DNA from: Thermoproteota archaeon
Lineage (GTDB): Archaea; Thermoproteota; Methanomethylicia; Methanomethylicales; JAGHCH01
Reading direction: 5' to 3'
Assembly (NCBI GenBank): GCA_021160575.1
Contig: JAGHCH010000075.1
Location: 1-39,188 of the forward strand
Length of the DNA stretch: 39,188 nt
Shown: positions 1-7,803 of the stretch, in pieces
Position numbering within the stretch: position 1 is the first letter of the stretch
Layout: every line of letters begins with the position of its first letter
Translations under genes and position numbers: made by a program
Notes under the pieces: model-generated
What the model was told of the DNA's origin: nothing
The model's input: only the letters and a program-made list of their open reading frames with translations
Database searches by the model: none

Positions 1-116
1 GCTATAATCTCCCCGGGAACCCCTCTAGCCCACAAGTAGAGGGCTTCAGTGCAATCTACTCTTCCTGAGCTCACATAGTTCTCCATTAGGCCCGCAACTT
101 CATCTTCTCTAGCCAA
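1..116 (-). CDS. N-terminal fragment of an unidentified protein; the gene runs off the left edge
   Basis: The minus-strand frame is open from the window edge up to TTG at 116 (ATG at 86), with an in-frame TAG just upstream. My translation is (L)AREDEVAGLMENYVSSGRVDCTEALYLWARGVPGEIIA... It is divergent from moaA. I recognise no family. Confidence 0.3.
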   Translation of the reverse strand, partial: MAREDEVAGLMENYVSSGRVDCTEALYLWARGVPGEII

Positions 117-217
117 GAAGTGCTCCCTCTACAATATTCTATAGTGCGCTTTTTCCGTAAATGAAGCTTAAGGTTTAATTTTCGGAAACTGCATGTTACT
201 CTACTGGTGCCCATTCA

Positions 218-1129
218 TTGCTGGTAGACCGCTATGGCCGTCCAGTGGATAGGCTTCGAATCTCCGTAACACAGCGCTGCAATCTCAAGTGCTTCTACTG
301 CCACAAAGAGGGGATACGGGAGACCGGAGGACCTGAACTCTCCCCAGAGGAGCTATCAAAGATAGTTGAAGTCGCCGCCTCTCTCGACATAAGAAAAGTG
401 AAGCTCACTGGAGGAGAGCCCCTCGTACGCGAAGACATAGTCGAAATAGTATTCCTCCTCTCTCAACACGGTCTCCAGGATCTCGGAGTGACCACTAACG
501 GAATTCTACTATCACAACTTGCCTCGTCGTTAGCTGATGCTGGGCTTATGCGAGTAAACGTAAACCTACCATCCCTTAAACCAAGCAACTATCGAAGGAT
601 CGCTGGAGTTGACAGATTGCATGATGTGCTTTCAGGCGTCAACGCAGCTAGAGATGCCGGGCTAACTCCCATCAAGCTCAACTACGTGGTCTTGAAAGGC
701 CTAAACGATAACGAATTTTTCTCTATGCTGAATTACGCTAGGAAAGTTGACGCAATCCTCCAGGTCATAGAGCTGGAGCCCATGGGCTCCGGGAGATCCG
801 TCTATGGAGACTACCATGCGGATCTCAAGCCTTACGAAGAGTGGCTACACCAACACTCTTCAAAGATCACCACCAGAAGCTTCCACCTTAGAAAGCAGTA
901 CCTTGTAGACGGCGTATGGGTGGAGCTCGTGAAGCCTATTCATAACCCCCTCTTCTGCCTTCACTGCACAAGGCTCCGCCTAACCTCGAGCGGCAAGCTC
1001 AAAACATGTCTAATGAGTAACGATCCCGAAATAGACCTTAAACCGCTCCTAGACAAGTCAGAATGGCGTGAACTTCTACGCGAAGCCTTCTTGAAGGCTG
1101 TCGCCCTACGCAAGCCTTTCTACCAATAG
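218..1129 (+). CDS. moaA: GTP 3',8-cyclase MoaA (molybdenum cofactor biosynthesis, radical SAM)
   Basis: 303-aa ORF with N-terminal LRISVTQRCNLKCFYCH (CxxxCxxC radical-SAM cluster) and the KLTGGEPL motif. C-terminal Cys triad FCLHCTRLRLTSSGKLKTC fits the MoaA auxiliary cluster. TTG start, with the TATA-like aaggtttaatttt about 35 nt upstream. Confidence 0.9.
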   Translation: MLVDRYGRPVDRLRISVTQRCNLKCFYCHKEGIRETGGPELSPEELSKIVEVAASLDIRKVKLTGGEPLVREDIVEIVFLLSQHGLQDLGVTTNGILLSQLASSLADAGLMRVNVNLPSLKPSNYRRIAGVDRLHDVLSGVNAARDAGLTPIKLNYVVLKGLNDNEFFSMLNYARKVDAILQVIELEPMGSGRSVYGDYHADLKPYEEWLHQHSSKITTRSFHLRKQYLVDGVWVELVKPIHNPLFCLHCTRLRLTSSGKLKTCLMSNDPEIDLKPLLDKSEWRELLREAFLKAVALRKPFYQ

Positions 1130-1180
1130 CCTTAAACGTAACGTTATATACTGTGAAAACCAGATGGTTTCCAACCTCCC

Positions 1181-1810
1181 TTGCAGCTTAAGGTGAGCTT
1201 GTTGAGCAAACTCCCCAAAAGATGGGCTCCTTCAGAAGAGCTCCCAGAAACTCCTACACCACTGAAGCCCAAAATTGAAAAGGCAATCAAGCTGTTACAA
1301 CTCCAAATCAAGAGGCTTGACGCTCGCCGAGAAGAACTCATGCTGAAAGACAAAGCCCTCTTCAACACCATAGTCAAGTACTACAGTGAAGGCGACACTG
1401 GACATGCCACCCTCTACGCCAACGAACTGGCAGAGCTGCGCAGAATCATCAATGCCTCCCTCAGAGCCAAGCTGGCATTAGAGCAGATTCTTGAGAGGCT
1501 CACCACCATCAAAGAGCTAGGAGACGCCATCATTGCGGTATCACAAGCCTCTCAGATTATAAAAGGCGTGAAGCCATCCATCACCTCCCTCCTCCCAGAA
1601 GCTGAGGAGGAGCTAAGCAAAGTTGATGAGCTGCTCTCCGGAGTTCTAACAGCTGCAACACAGGTTGGGGTTCCTGAAGTTGCAAGCTACATGGTCTCTG
1701 AAAGCGCAGAGCAAATACTCCAAGAAGCCGCTCGAGTAGCGGAGAAAATCCTCAAGGAGAAACTTCCTGAACTTCCTGGAAGCCAGCTTGAGAGTACCTC
1801 TGATCAGTGA
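1181..1810 (+). CDS. ESCRT-III / Snf7-family protein (CdvB-like paralogue A, no winged-helix extension)
   Basis: 209 aa and all-helical. The core KIEKAIKLLQLQIKRLDARREELMLKDKALFNTIVKYYSEGDTGHATLYANELAELRR matches the archaeal CdvB/Snf7 helical-hairpin pattern. The C-terminus has an acidic tail and a proline motif KLPELPGS. The start may instead be GTG 1193 (MSLLSKLPKRW). TATA gttatatact lies at 1143-1152. Confidence 0.75.
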   Translation: MQLKVSLLSKLPKRWAPSEELPETPTPLKPKIEKAIKLLQLQIKRLDARREELMLKDKALFNTIVKYYSEGDTGHATLYANELAELRRIINASLRAKLALEQILERLTTIKELGDAIIAVSQASQIIKGVKPSITSLLPEAEEELSKVDELLSGVLTAATQVGVPEVASYMVSESAEQILQEAARVAEKILKEKLPELPGSQLESTSDQ

Positions 1811-1873
1811 AGCTTTTTTGAGTAACAAAGTATAAATTGCGTAACCTCTTCCTCTTCCCGCTGGTGCTCTTCA

Positions 1874-2476
1874 GTGCGGGGCGCTAGAACTAGGGCATTC
1901 CACATTCCTCTCGTCGCCCTCTTCATAGCCATGGTGGGTATCCTTGAGCTATTGCCCAAGCCTAGAGCACCTTGGGGTATGTCCATAGATTTCGTCGCAG
2001 TTCCTGTGCTCGTAGCCTTCTTCCTCCTTGGAACACGATATGCGTTGGCAGTCTCCGTAGGCATGCTAGTTATCCTCTCCTTCATAGGTGGAGGTGCCTA
2101 CATAGGAGCTACCATGAAGTTCACGGCTACACTCCCCATGTTCCTCATGCCAGCTTTTCTTCTCTACACCCCCCTCTTCAGTAGCTCCAAGTCGCCTAGA
2201 GCATATGCCCATCTTCCAAAGTACTTAGCAGCGGTGGCTCTAGCCATTATGGTGCGCTGCTTAGCCATGATAGCCCTCAACTACTACTGGGCAGTGCCCC
2301 TCTTCCTCGACATGCCCATTGAGGAGGCCATTGAAACGTACTTCTTCGGAAGCATTTGGGGCTTCGTCTGGTTTGTCTCCTCCATGAACATAGTCCAAGG
2401 AATAGTAGACGCAGCCGCTAGCTGGCTCATAGTCTTCGGCTCAAAGCTTCACGAAAGGCTACCCAAGCTTAGCTGA
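1874..2476 (+). CDS. Polytopic membrane protein (about 6 TM; weak resemblance to ECF-transporter S components)
   Basis: 200 aa with six hydrophobic segments (IPLVALFIAMVGILELL, IDFVAVPVLVAFFLLG, YALAVSVGMLVILSFIGG and others). The function assignment is tentative. GTG start. Confidence 0.55.
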   Translation: MRGARTRAFHIPLVALFIAMVGILELLPKPRAPWGMSIDFVAVPVLVAFFLLGTRYALAVSVGMLVILSFIGGGAYIGATMKFTATLPMFLMPAFLLYTPLFSSSKSPRAYAHLPKYLAAVALAIMVRCLAMIALNYYWAVPLFLDMPIEEAIETYFFGSIWGFVWFVSSMNIVQGIVDAAASWLIVFGSKLHERLPKLS

Positions 2477-2884
2477 CTCCTTCAATTCATTAAAAAGCCT
2501 GCTGCAGAGCTTATGAGCCTTAACAGCCCACTCCACAGCTTTTTCAGCCAATTTACGGTCAACAACTTCATCTGGAGAGAGCATCTCCAGCTCATTACCA
2601 TACATGCTAACTTCCCTCATACCCGTCAACTTCTTCGACGCCTCCCTCAACTCTGGAAGCTCCCGCCGAAACCAGCTTGGAAAGCGCTCCTCTACTTCGC
2701 CTAGAACATCTGATACGTCATGCTTCCTCGGATACTCCACTCCCACAACTCTCAGCGCAGCCTTTAAAGACAGCTCAACACACTCCTGAGCAAGCCTCAG
2801 CGCGTACGCATTCAACCCATCATCCAAGGCTTCCCTTGCATGGCGAAGCCTCGCGTTAGCTTGCTTCAAGTAGGCTTCAGCCAC
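2459..2884 (-). CDS. HEPN domain protein (toxin-like partner of the adjacent MNT)
   Basis: 141 aa and helical. LSLKAALRVVGVEYPRKHDVSDVL resembles the conserved HEPN (PF05168-type) segment. Its GTG start overlaps the stop of the upstream nucleotidyltransferase by 8 nt (GTGGCTGA). Confidence 0.8.
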   Translation of the reverse strand: MAEAYLKQANARLRHAREALDDGLNAYALRLAQECVELSLKAALRVVGVEYPRKHDVSDVLGEVEERFPSWFRRELPELREASKKLTGMREVSMYGNELEMLSPDEVVDRKLAEKAVEWAVKAHKLCSRLFNELKESAKLG

Positions 2885-3635
2885 CTTGAGAAGCTTCAGA
2901 GCCCGCCACCTCCTCGGCTTTAAAGCCGGGTCTTAGATCCCAATACCATGCATTCTTGCCGATAGCCACCCTCCTAGCACCTATCTCCGCCAAGTATCCC
3001 CTCAGCCTTGAAAGAGTTCTTTCAAGAAAGCCATTTCTATCGTGTATAATAATCCCATCAACCGTCACATCAAGAAGTATCAGCGGAAACCTCTCCACCT
3101 CTCCTCTCCTCAGAGGGAGAATGCTCAACCCCGTGTGCACTTCATACCTACGAAGCCTCTTCAGCTCATCAGAAACCATTTCCTCAATCTCACACAGCGC
3201 TTCAACCCTTGAAGCTAGGCTTCCACTAAAGCTGTCTGAAACTGCTAGGATGTCGAGATCGCTATCCAGCCGAGCCGTTCCACGGGCAATCGAACCATAA
3301 ATGCACAGAGCTTCAACTTCAAAATCCCTAATCAAGTGAATCGCTACATCACTGATCAACTGCAAATATCTCTCCTGCTTGATTTTGTCGAGGTTCTTGA
3401 TAGCTCCAGAGGCCAAGTACAACAAGCTCTCCGGCTTGAGCACTCTATACAGCCTAGGCCTAGCTCTACTGTGATAGAAGAGGACTCTAGCAGCGTGAAG
3501 TCTACTGAAAGCTATGCTCAACTTCTCTCTACTCTGCCCAAGAAGCTTCATTGCCTCAGCAAAGGTGAAGGGCTCAGCTCCAAAGTTCACGTAAACTCTA
3601 GCGTAAAGCTCTCCAAGCCAGCGCGGCAGCCACAT
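2877..3635 (-). CDS. Minimal nucleotidyltransferase (MNT) with an N-terminal wHTH-like extension
   Basis: 252 aa. The Pol-beta-type NTase motif is IYGSIARGTARLDSDLDILAV (G-S-x-x-R-G ... D-x-D). The N-terminal region of about 100 aa (FTFAEAMKLLGQSREKLSIAFSRLHAARVLF) looks DNA-binding. The gene forms an operon with HEPN. Confidence 0.85.
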   Translation of the reverse strand: MWLPRWLGELYARVYVNFGAEPFTFAEAMKLLGQSREKLSIAFSRLHAARVLFYHSRARPRLYRVLKPESLLYLASGAIKNLDKIKQERYLQLISDVAIHLIRDFEVEALCIYGSIARGTARLDSDLDILAVSDSFSGSLASRVEALCEIEEMVSDELKRLRRYEVHTGLSILPLRRGEVERFPLILLDVTVDGIIIHDRNGFLERTLSRLRGYLAEIGARRVAIGKNAWYWDLRPGFKAEEVAGSEASQGG

Positions 3636-3641
3636 AACTTT

Positions 3642-3669
3642 AACTATTTATTAAGGCAAACAAATAGTT
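3642..3669. promoter_or_regulatory. Inverted repeat AACTATTT-N12-AAATAGTT in the divergent MNT / phosphoesterase promoter region
   Basis: Perfect 8-nt arms at 3642-3649 and 3662-3669, read directly. It lies 7 nt upstream of the MNT ATG (3635) and 31 nt upstream of ATG 3700, embedded in A/T-rich TATA-like sequence. Confidence 0.4.
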
Positions 3670-3699
3670 TACCTAAATCTTCAAGGAGCCTCCTTCGAG

Positions 3700-4449
3700 A
3701 TGCGCAGAAAAATCGTTGCCCTCGCAGCAGCCCTAGCACTTCTATTCTTCTCGGTATACAGCTTACCCTTCCTCTATGATCGCATCCATACCTACACTAT
3801 TTCCATCAAGCCGGGCAGCGTGATCGTCGTGGTTTCCGACCTTCACATAGAGAACAATCCAAGAAATCTCTCTGCTATCGGAGCTTTAGTGAAGAGCACT
3901 AATGCCTCTCTCCTCGTAATAAACGGGGATCTCTTCGATGATCAATACGGCAGAGCCCTTGATCCCAATCTCCTAGTTGATGCCTTCAAGAGAATGAATC
4001 TCTCCACTACGCAGCATGTTCAAGTGATCTATGTGCTGGCCCTTTACAGCCATGACCCCTTCATTGATTCCCCTACAGCCACCTTAAATGCGAGCAGCTT
4101 TCAAGTGCTTGCGGTGAAGGGTGCTCTCCTCCTAGAGGCTCCATCGGAGCGGATTATCCTCCTACATGGTGACTACGCAATTCGATTTGGCTTCATTGCT
4201 GGGGTTCTCGACATGGCTTCTCACGGCTTAGCTCTCGGGAGGATGGCTAGAATGGTTCTTCATGTTGAACCTGATTGCTGGGTAGCTGTGGGGCACTCTC
4301 ACATTCCCGGAATTAGCTATGAAGACCGCGTAGCCAATACTGGCACTTGGCTAAATCGTTTCATAGATAGCTCTGACACCGCCCTAGTGGTCAAAGTTGA
4401 TGAGCTGGGCAAGTTGCACCTTAAATTGGTTAGCATGAAGGAGGCTTAG
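3700..4449 (+). CDS. Membrane-anchored calcineurin-like metallophosphoesterase
   Basis: 249 aa with an N-terminal hydrophobic anchor IVALAAALALLFFSVYSL. Phosphoesterase motifs are VVVSDLHI, VINGDLFDD, LLHGDY and VGHSHIPG. Confidence 0.75.
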   Translation: MRRKIVALAAALALLFFSVYSLPFLYDRIHTYTISIKPGSVIVVVSDLHIENNPRNLSAIGALVKSTNASLLVINGDLFDDQYGRALDPNLLVDAFKRMNLSTTQHVQVIYVLALYSHDPFIDSPTATLNASSFQVLAVKGALLLEAPSERIILLHGDYAIRFGFIAGVLDMASHGLALGRMARMVLHVEPDCWVAVGHSHIPGISYEDRVANTGTWLNRFIDSSDTALVVKVDELGKLHLKLVSMKEA

Positions 4450-4508
4450 CTGTAGGCAACGCTATAACATGCGGCTGCCATAGATTCTTGACTAGGAGCT
4501 GGTGTTAC

Positions 4509-6473
4509 ATGAGCTATCGCTTAAGCGGTAAGGGGCCAGTCTTCGAGGGCAGCATCACCTCAGTTAAGGTTCCTCGAAGAGGCTACAAGTGGTATGGCGT
4601 AGTCAAAGTTAGAACTGAACATCTAGGCGAAGTTTCCCTTCTCATGACAGGCGTGATTGCGCAATGGCTTCTACCCGGTGAGAAAGTTAAGATCACTCTC
4701 CTCGAGGAGCCCAAGGTAGTGGACTCCTCCAAAATCCTAGGCTTCAACGATTACCTCCTCCATAGGCTCTGGGGCTTGGACTGGGTTCCAGTATGGCCTC
4801 CTTTTCAAGAGGAGTTCACTCTTCCTAGGAAAGATCCCTTGACTGGGAGAACTCTCTATCAATACCATGTAGTGGCTAGGGAAGCCCTAACTGAGCATGA
4901 TTATGAGGAGGTTGTTGGATTAGAGCAGTATCATTATGCTTCCAAGGAGGAGCTGGTAGCCATCTGGCGCTGCCTCCTCTGCGGCGAATACGCTGAAGCC
5001 AATGCTCAGCCGGAGTGCCCCCGCTGCAAAACCCCCATGAGAATCCAAGAGATCAGAGGCTCCCTCCCATCTTCAAGGTTCCTGGTCCTAGAGCTCAAGA
5101 GCAGACAGCCCTACGAGCCCAAAGTAATCGCCTACGTCAGAGTGGATACCCCCATTCCGTTGATGTCGCGTAGACTTACTCCCCAAGGAGATAGAATTGA
5201 GCACATGATACGTGAAAAGGTGTTTCCTAAGGAGTGGTTCCACCCAACCTATTGGCCTCAAGTCTATCAAGAGTGGCAGAAGGTGGTATCCCGCTACAGA
5301 GACCTCGCCAAGCTCTATGGCAGATCGCTCGCCATGGCGATGGTGGGCGAAGAGATCGCTGAAGAAGCCTTGAAGCGAGCCAATACAGCTGCCGCTAGGA
5401 TAGCGAGAGTCGTTGTGCACCCCGACTATAGAGGAGACGGCTTCGGAGTCCTAGCAGTAACCGCTGCTCTGAAGTGGATTAAAGAACGCCGAATTCCCGA
5501 GATGCGGAAGCCAAAGCATGTGGTCGAAACCATCGCCCAAATGGCTAGATACAACCCCTTCTTCGAGAAAGCTGGCTTCAAGTACATGTGGGAGACTAGA
5601 AGCGGCCGCCCAGTGCTCATGTATCCTCTCACCCCCGAAGCTGAGGAGAAGATCGGCAGCTTCCTCTCCAAGGATCCCTACGCCAGCAAGCATGGCGGGA
5701 AGCTCTACCGCTCCCACTTCGGCGAAGTGGAGCCCCTCTCCGCCCCCATAAGGCTCAAAGGGTTAACCAAGATGTACTCGAGCACCCTTGATGTGCAGAG
5801 GCTTCCAGAGGATTTACAAGAGGTGCTTAGAGCCTTCGGCGTCGAGAGGCGTGTTGTAGAGCGCTACGTGGTGAGAGACGCTAACCTAGAGATAGCTCCC
5901 CGCGAGATAGCAGTGGTGGTAGGGGCTTCTGGCGCTGGCAAAACTACGCTTCTCCGCATGATAGTCGGAGGGGCTCTAAAGCTTGAGGATCCCGGATATG
6001 TACCTTCAAGCGGCAAGGTGGAGGTTCCCGAAAACGCCAGGCTAGCCTACCTTTTCCCTGGAGAGCACGAGCCCAGCTTCGGCGATGAACCTCTCTTGGA
6101 ACATGTTAAAAGGAAATGCGGCGACATCGCCTTAGCCGTAGAGATCCTCAACACCGTGGGACTCTCAGATGCCGTCTTCTACAGAGCAAGATTCCAAGAA
6201 CTCTCCACAGGGCAGAAGGAGAGAGCCAAGCTCGCAAGCCTCCTCGCAGAGAAGCCAAACCTATTAGTGATCGACGAATTCACAGCCCACCTCGACGCCT
6301 TAACCGGTAGGAGGGTTGCCAGAAAGCTCGGAGAAGTGGCCAAGAGAGCTGGAATAACTCTCATTGTAGCCACCAACAGACCGGAGATCATCGATGCTCT
6401 CTCGCCAACAAAAATGATCTACGTGGGCTACGGAGCCTTACACGCTGCGGCTCCTCAGCTCCCCTCCCGCTAG
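4509..6473 (+). CDS. Multidomain fusion: N-terminal beta-rich domain, zinc ribbon, GNAT acetyltransferase and a soluble ABC-type ATPase (COG2401-type architecture)
   Basis: The ORF opens at TTG 4488, with ATG at 4509. The zinc ribbon is CLLCGEYAEANAQPECPRCKT. GNAT motif A is RVVVHPDYRGDGFGVLAVTAAL. ABC motifs are Walker A GASGAGKTT, signature LSTGQKERAKL, Walker B LLVIDEF and D-loop AHLD. The H-loop position reads IVATNRPE, with Asn where His is usual. There are no TM segments. Confidence 0.85.
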   Translation: MSYRLSGKGPVFEGSITSVKVPRRGYKWYGVVKVRTEHLGEVSLLMTGVIAQWLLPGEKVKITLLEEPKVVDSSKILGFNDYLLHRLWGLDWVPVWPPFQEEFTLPRKDPLTGRTLYQYHVVAREALTEHDYEEVVGLEQYHYASKEELVAIWRCLLCGEYAEANAQPECPRCKTPMRIQEIRGSLPSSRFLVLELKSRQPYEPKVIAYVRVDTPIPLMSRRLTPQGDRIEHMIREKVFPKEWFHPTYWPQVYQEWQKVVSRYRDLAKLYGRSLAMAMVGEEIAEEALKRANTAAARIARVVVHPDYRGDGFGVLAVTAALKWIKERRIPEMRKPKHVVETIAQMARYNPFFEKAGFKYMWETRSGRPVLMYPLTPEAEEKIGSFLSKDPYASKHGGKLYRSHFGEVEPLSAPIRLKGLTKMYSSTLDVQRLPEDLQEVLRAFGVERRVVERYVVRDANLEIAPREIAVVVGASGAGKTTLLRMIVGGALKLEDPGYVPSSGKVEVPENARLAYLFPGEHEPSFGDEPLLEHVKRKCGDIALAVEILNTVGLSDAVFYRARFQELSTGQKERAKLASLLAEKPNLLVIDEFTAHLDALTGRRVARKLGEVAKRAGITLIVATNRPEIIDALSPTKMIYVGYGALHAAAPQLPSR

Positions 6474-6972
6474 CCCTACACAAGCCATCGGAGAGCCCAA
6501 CAACATAGAGGTAAAGGTCATACCATCTCCCAGTGCTCTCTTCATCAAGAACTGTAAACTTCTTCACTGGAATCCATCCCGGAATCTTGAAGTCAACTGA
6601 AACAACCCTAGCACCTCTCGGAAGCTGGCAGCTCAACTTAGGTGCCAAGAGGCGATTCAAGCTGGTGAGCTGATACAAGGTAACTACATCCGCCTTCGGC
6701 AGCTTCATCGACAGGATGTCTCCATGAAGAACCTTCACAAACTCTGCCACACGACTCTTGAAGGCATTAAAGAGCGCTTTCTCTACTAAGTCTCTGCGAA
6801 TCTCCACGCCAACAGCTCTGGCGCCGAAATCCCTTGCGGCAGCCACCAAGAATCTACCGTCACCGCATCCCAGATCGCAGACAAGCTCCCCTGGCTTCAC
6901 ATCTGCTACTCTGAGAGCCTCCCTCACCACCCTCCAAGGAGTAGGCACAAAGGGGGAGACTCTCCCAGCCAT
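6388..6972 (-). CDS. Class I SAM-dependent methyltransferase, aKMT-like (crenarchaeal protein lysine methyltransferase family)
   Basis: 194 aa with FVPTPWRVV...VCDLGCGDGRFLVAAA (motif I)...VGVEI...VVTLYQL...PKL...GARVVSVDFKIPGW...LYLYVVG. This layout matches what I recall of Sulfolobus aKMT. The 3' end overlaps the convergent GNAT-ABC gene by 86 nt. Confidence 0.75.
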   Translation of the reverse strand: MAGRVSPFVPTPWRVVREALRVADVKPGELVCDLGCGDGRFLVAAARDFGARAVGVEIRRDLVEKALFNAFKSRVAEFVKVLHGDILSMKLPKADVVTLYQLTSLNRLLAPKLSCQLPRGARVVSVDFKIPGWIPVKKFTVLDEESTGRWYDLYLYVVGLSDGLCRASGRGAEEPQRVRLRSPRRSFLLAREHR

Positions 6973-7072
6973 ACCAAATTCTCCAGCTAGAAAGGCAGCT
7001 ATTTAAACTCCACTGAAGGGGAAAGTATGGGAGTCGAAAGAGCTAATGGGAGGTTGTGGATGAGTGACGGCA

Positions 7073-7390
7073 ATGGTGGAATTCACCGTCCTTCCATTAG
7101 GCACCCCTAGTACCAGTGCGAGGCAGTATGTGGCTAAAGCACTTAAAGCTCTCAAGGATGCAGGCTACTCTTATCAGCTCACTCCTATGGGTACTATTGT
7201 GGAAGCTACCACCATCGAGGAGGCTCTCAAAGCTGTAACCGTAGCGCACAACTCCCTCTTTGAAGAAGGGGTCCAAAGGGTGGTCACAGTAATCAAGGTG
7301 GATGATAGGCGGGATAAGCCGGGCACGCGTGCACAAGGAAAAGTGGAAGCAGTCCTCTCAGAGCTCAGAAAACTTGAAGGAAAAGATTAG
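7073..7390 (+). CDS. MTH1187/YkoF-family (UPF0045/DUF77) small ligand-binding protein
   Basis: VEFTVLPLGTPSTSARQYVAKALKALKDAGYSYQLTPMGTIVEA is the characteristic family opening. The frame opens at GTG 7064 and ATG is at 7073. An SD-like gggagg lies at 7048-7053. Confidence 0.8.
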   Translation: MVEFTVLPLGTPSTSARQYVAKALKALKDAGYSYQLTPMGTIVEATTIEEALKAVTVAHNSLFEEGVQRVVTVIKVDDRRDKPGTRAQGKVEAVLSELRKLEGKD

Positions 7391-7803
7391 GGGCTGGGTT
7401 TCCTTCTGCAGATGGTCTCTAAGTCACTGAAGATTCCCATAGTAGTATCTACCACGCCTACAGCTGCTATAGCTTCCCCATCCTTAACCACAGGCACCAC
7501 TAGCACTGGAATCCCCTTGTAAGCCCCCTCCTTTGGTATCGTCTTAATCACCTTGCAGTCTTTAATTGCCTCCTCAAGTATAGGGCCCGTGTAGTCGCAG
7601 TCAATAACCCTTCCACCCTCTATCCTCACTCCACGCCTCTCCTTAGTCCTCATCGTAACTGGCAGTCTGTTGAGAAGCTCATGAATCGCCATGGCTAGCG
7701 CCAAGTAGTCCTCTGGAGGTGAGTCCTTATCTATCTTGATCAACAAGCTCCCTCCAACAGTAACTATACAATCACTTAGCGTTAAAACCTCGCGTCCCTT
7801 CAT
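7387..7803 (-). CDS. Conserved archaeal hypothetical protein (possibly DUF2111/COG4029-like)
   Basis: 138-aa ORF. Its ATG overlaps the stop of the upstream YfcE gene (ATGA), and it is the last gene of a three-gene minus-strand operon. The family assignment is from memory only. Confidence 0.6.
   Translation of the reverse strand: MKGREVLTLSDCIVTVGGSLLIKIDKDSPPEDYLALAMAIHELLNRLPVTMRTKERRGVRIEGGRVIDCDYTGPILEEAIKDCKVIKTIPKEGAYKGIPVLVVPVVKDGEAIAAVGVVDTTMGIFSDLETICRRKPSP

Noticed and set aside
1144-1377. Numerous 60-220-aa ORFs antisense to, or out of frame with, the called genes. Examples are 1144..1377, 2956..3300, 3336..3779, 5088..5420, 5426..5671, 10005..10289, 21943..22422, 22726..23076, 25302..25835, 27067..27417, 27481..28149, 37011..37343 and 36627..36929.
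   Set aside because: Each lies entirely within, or largely overlaps, a gene with clear family motifs on the other strand or frame. Their translations are low-complexity (Ser/Pro/Arg/Leu-rich) with no recognisable motifs. Such shadow ORFs are expected in stop-codon-poor, codon-biased sequence.
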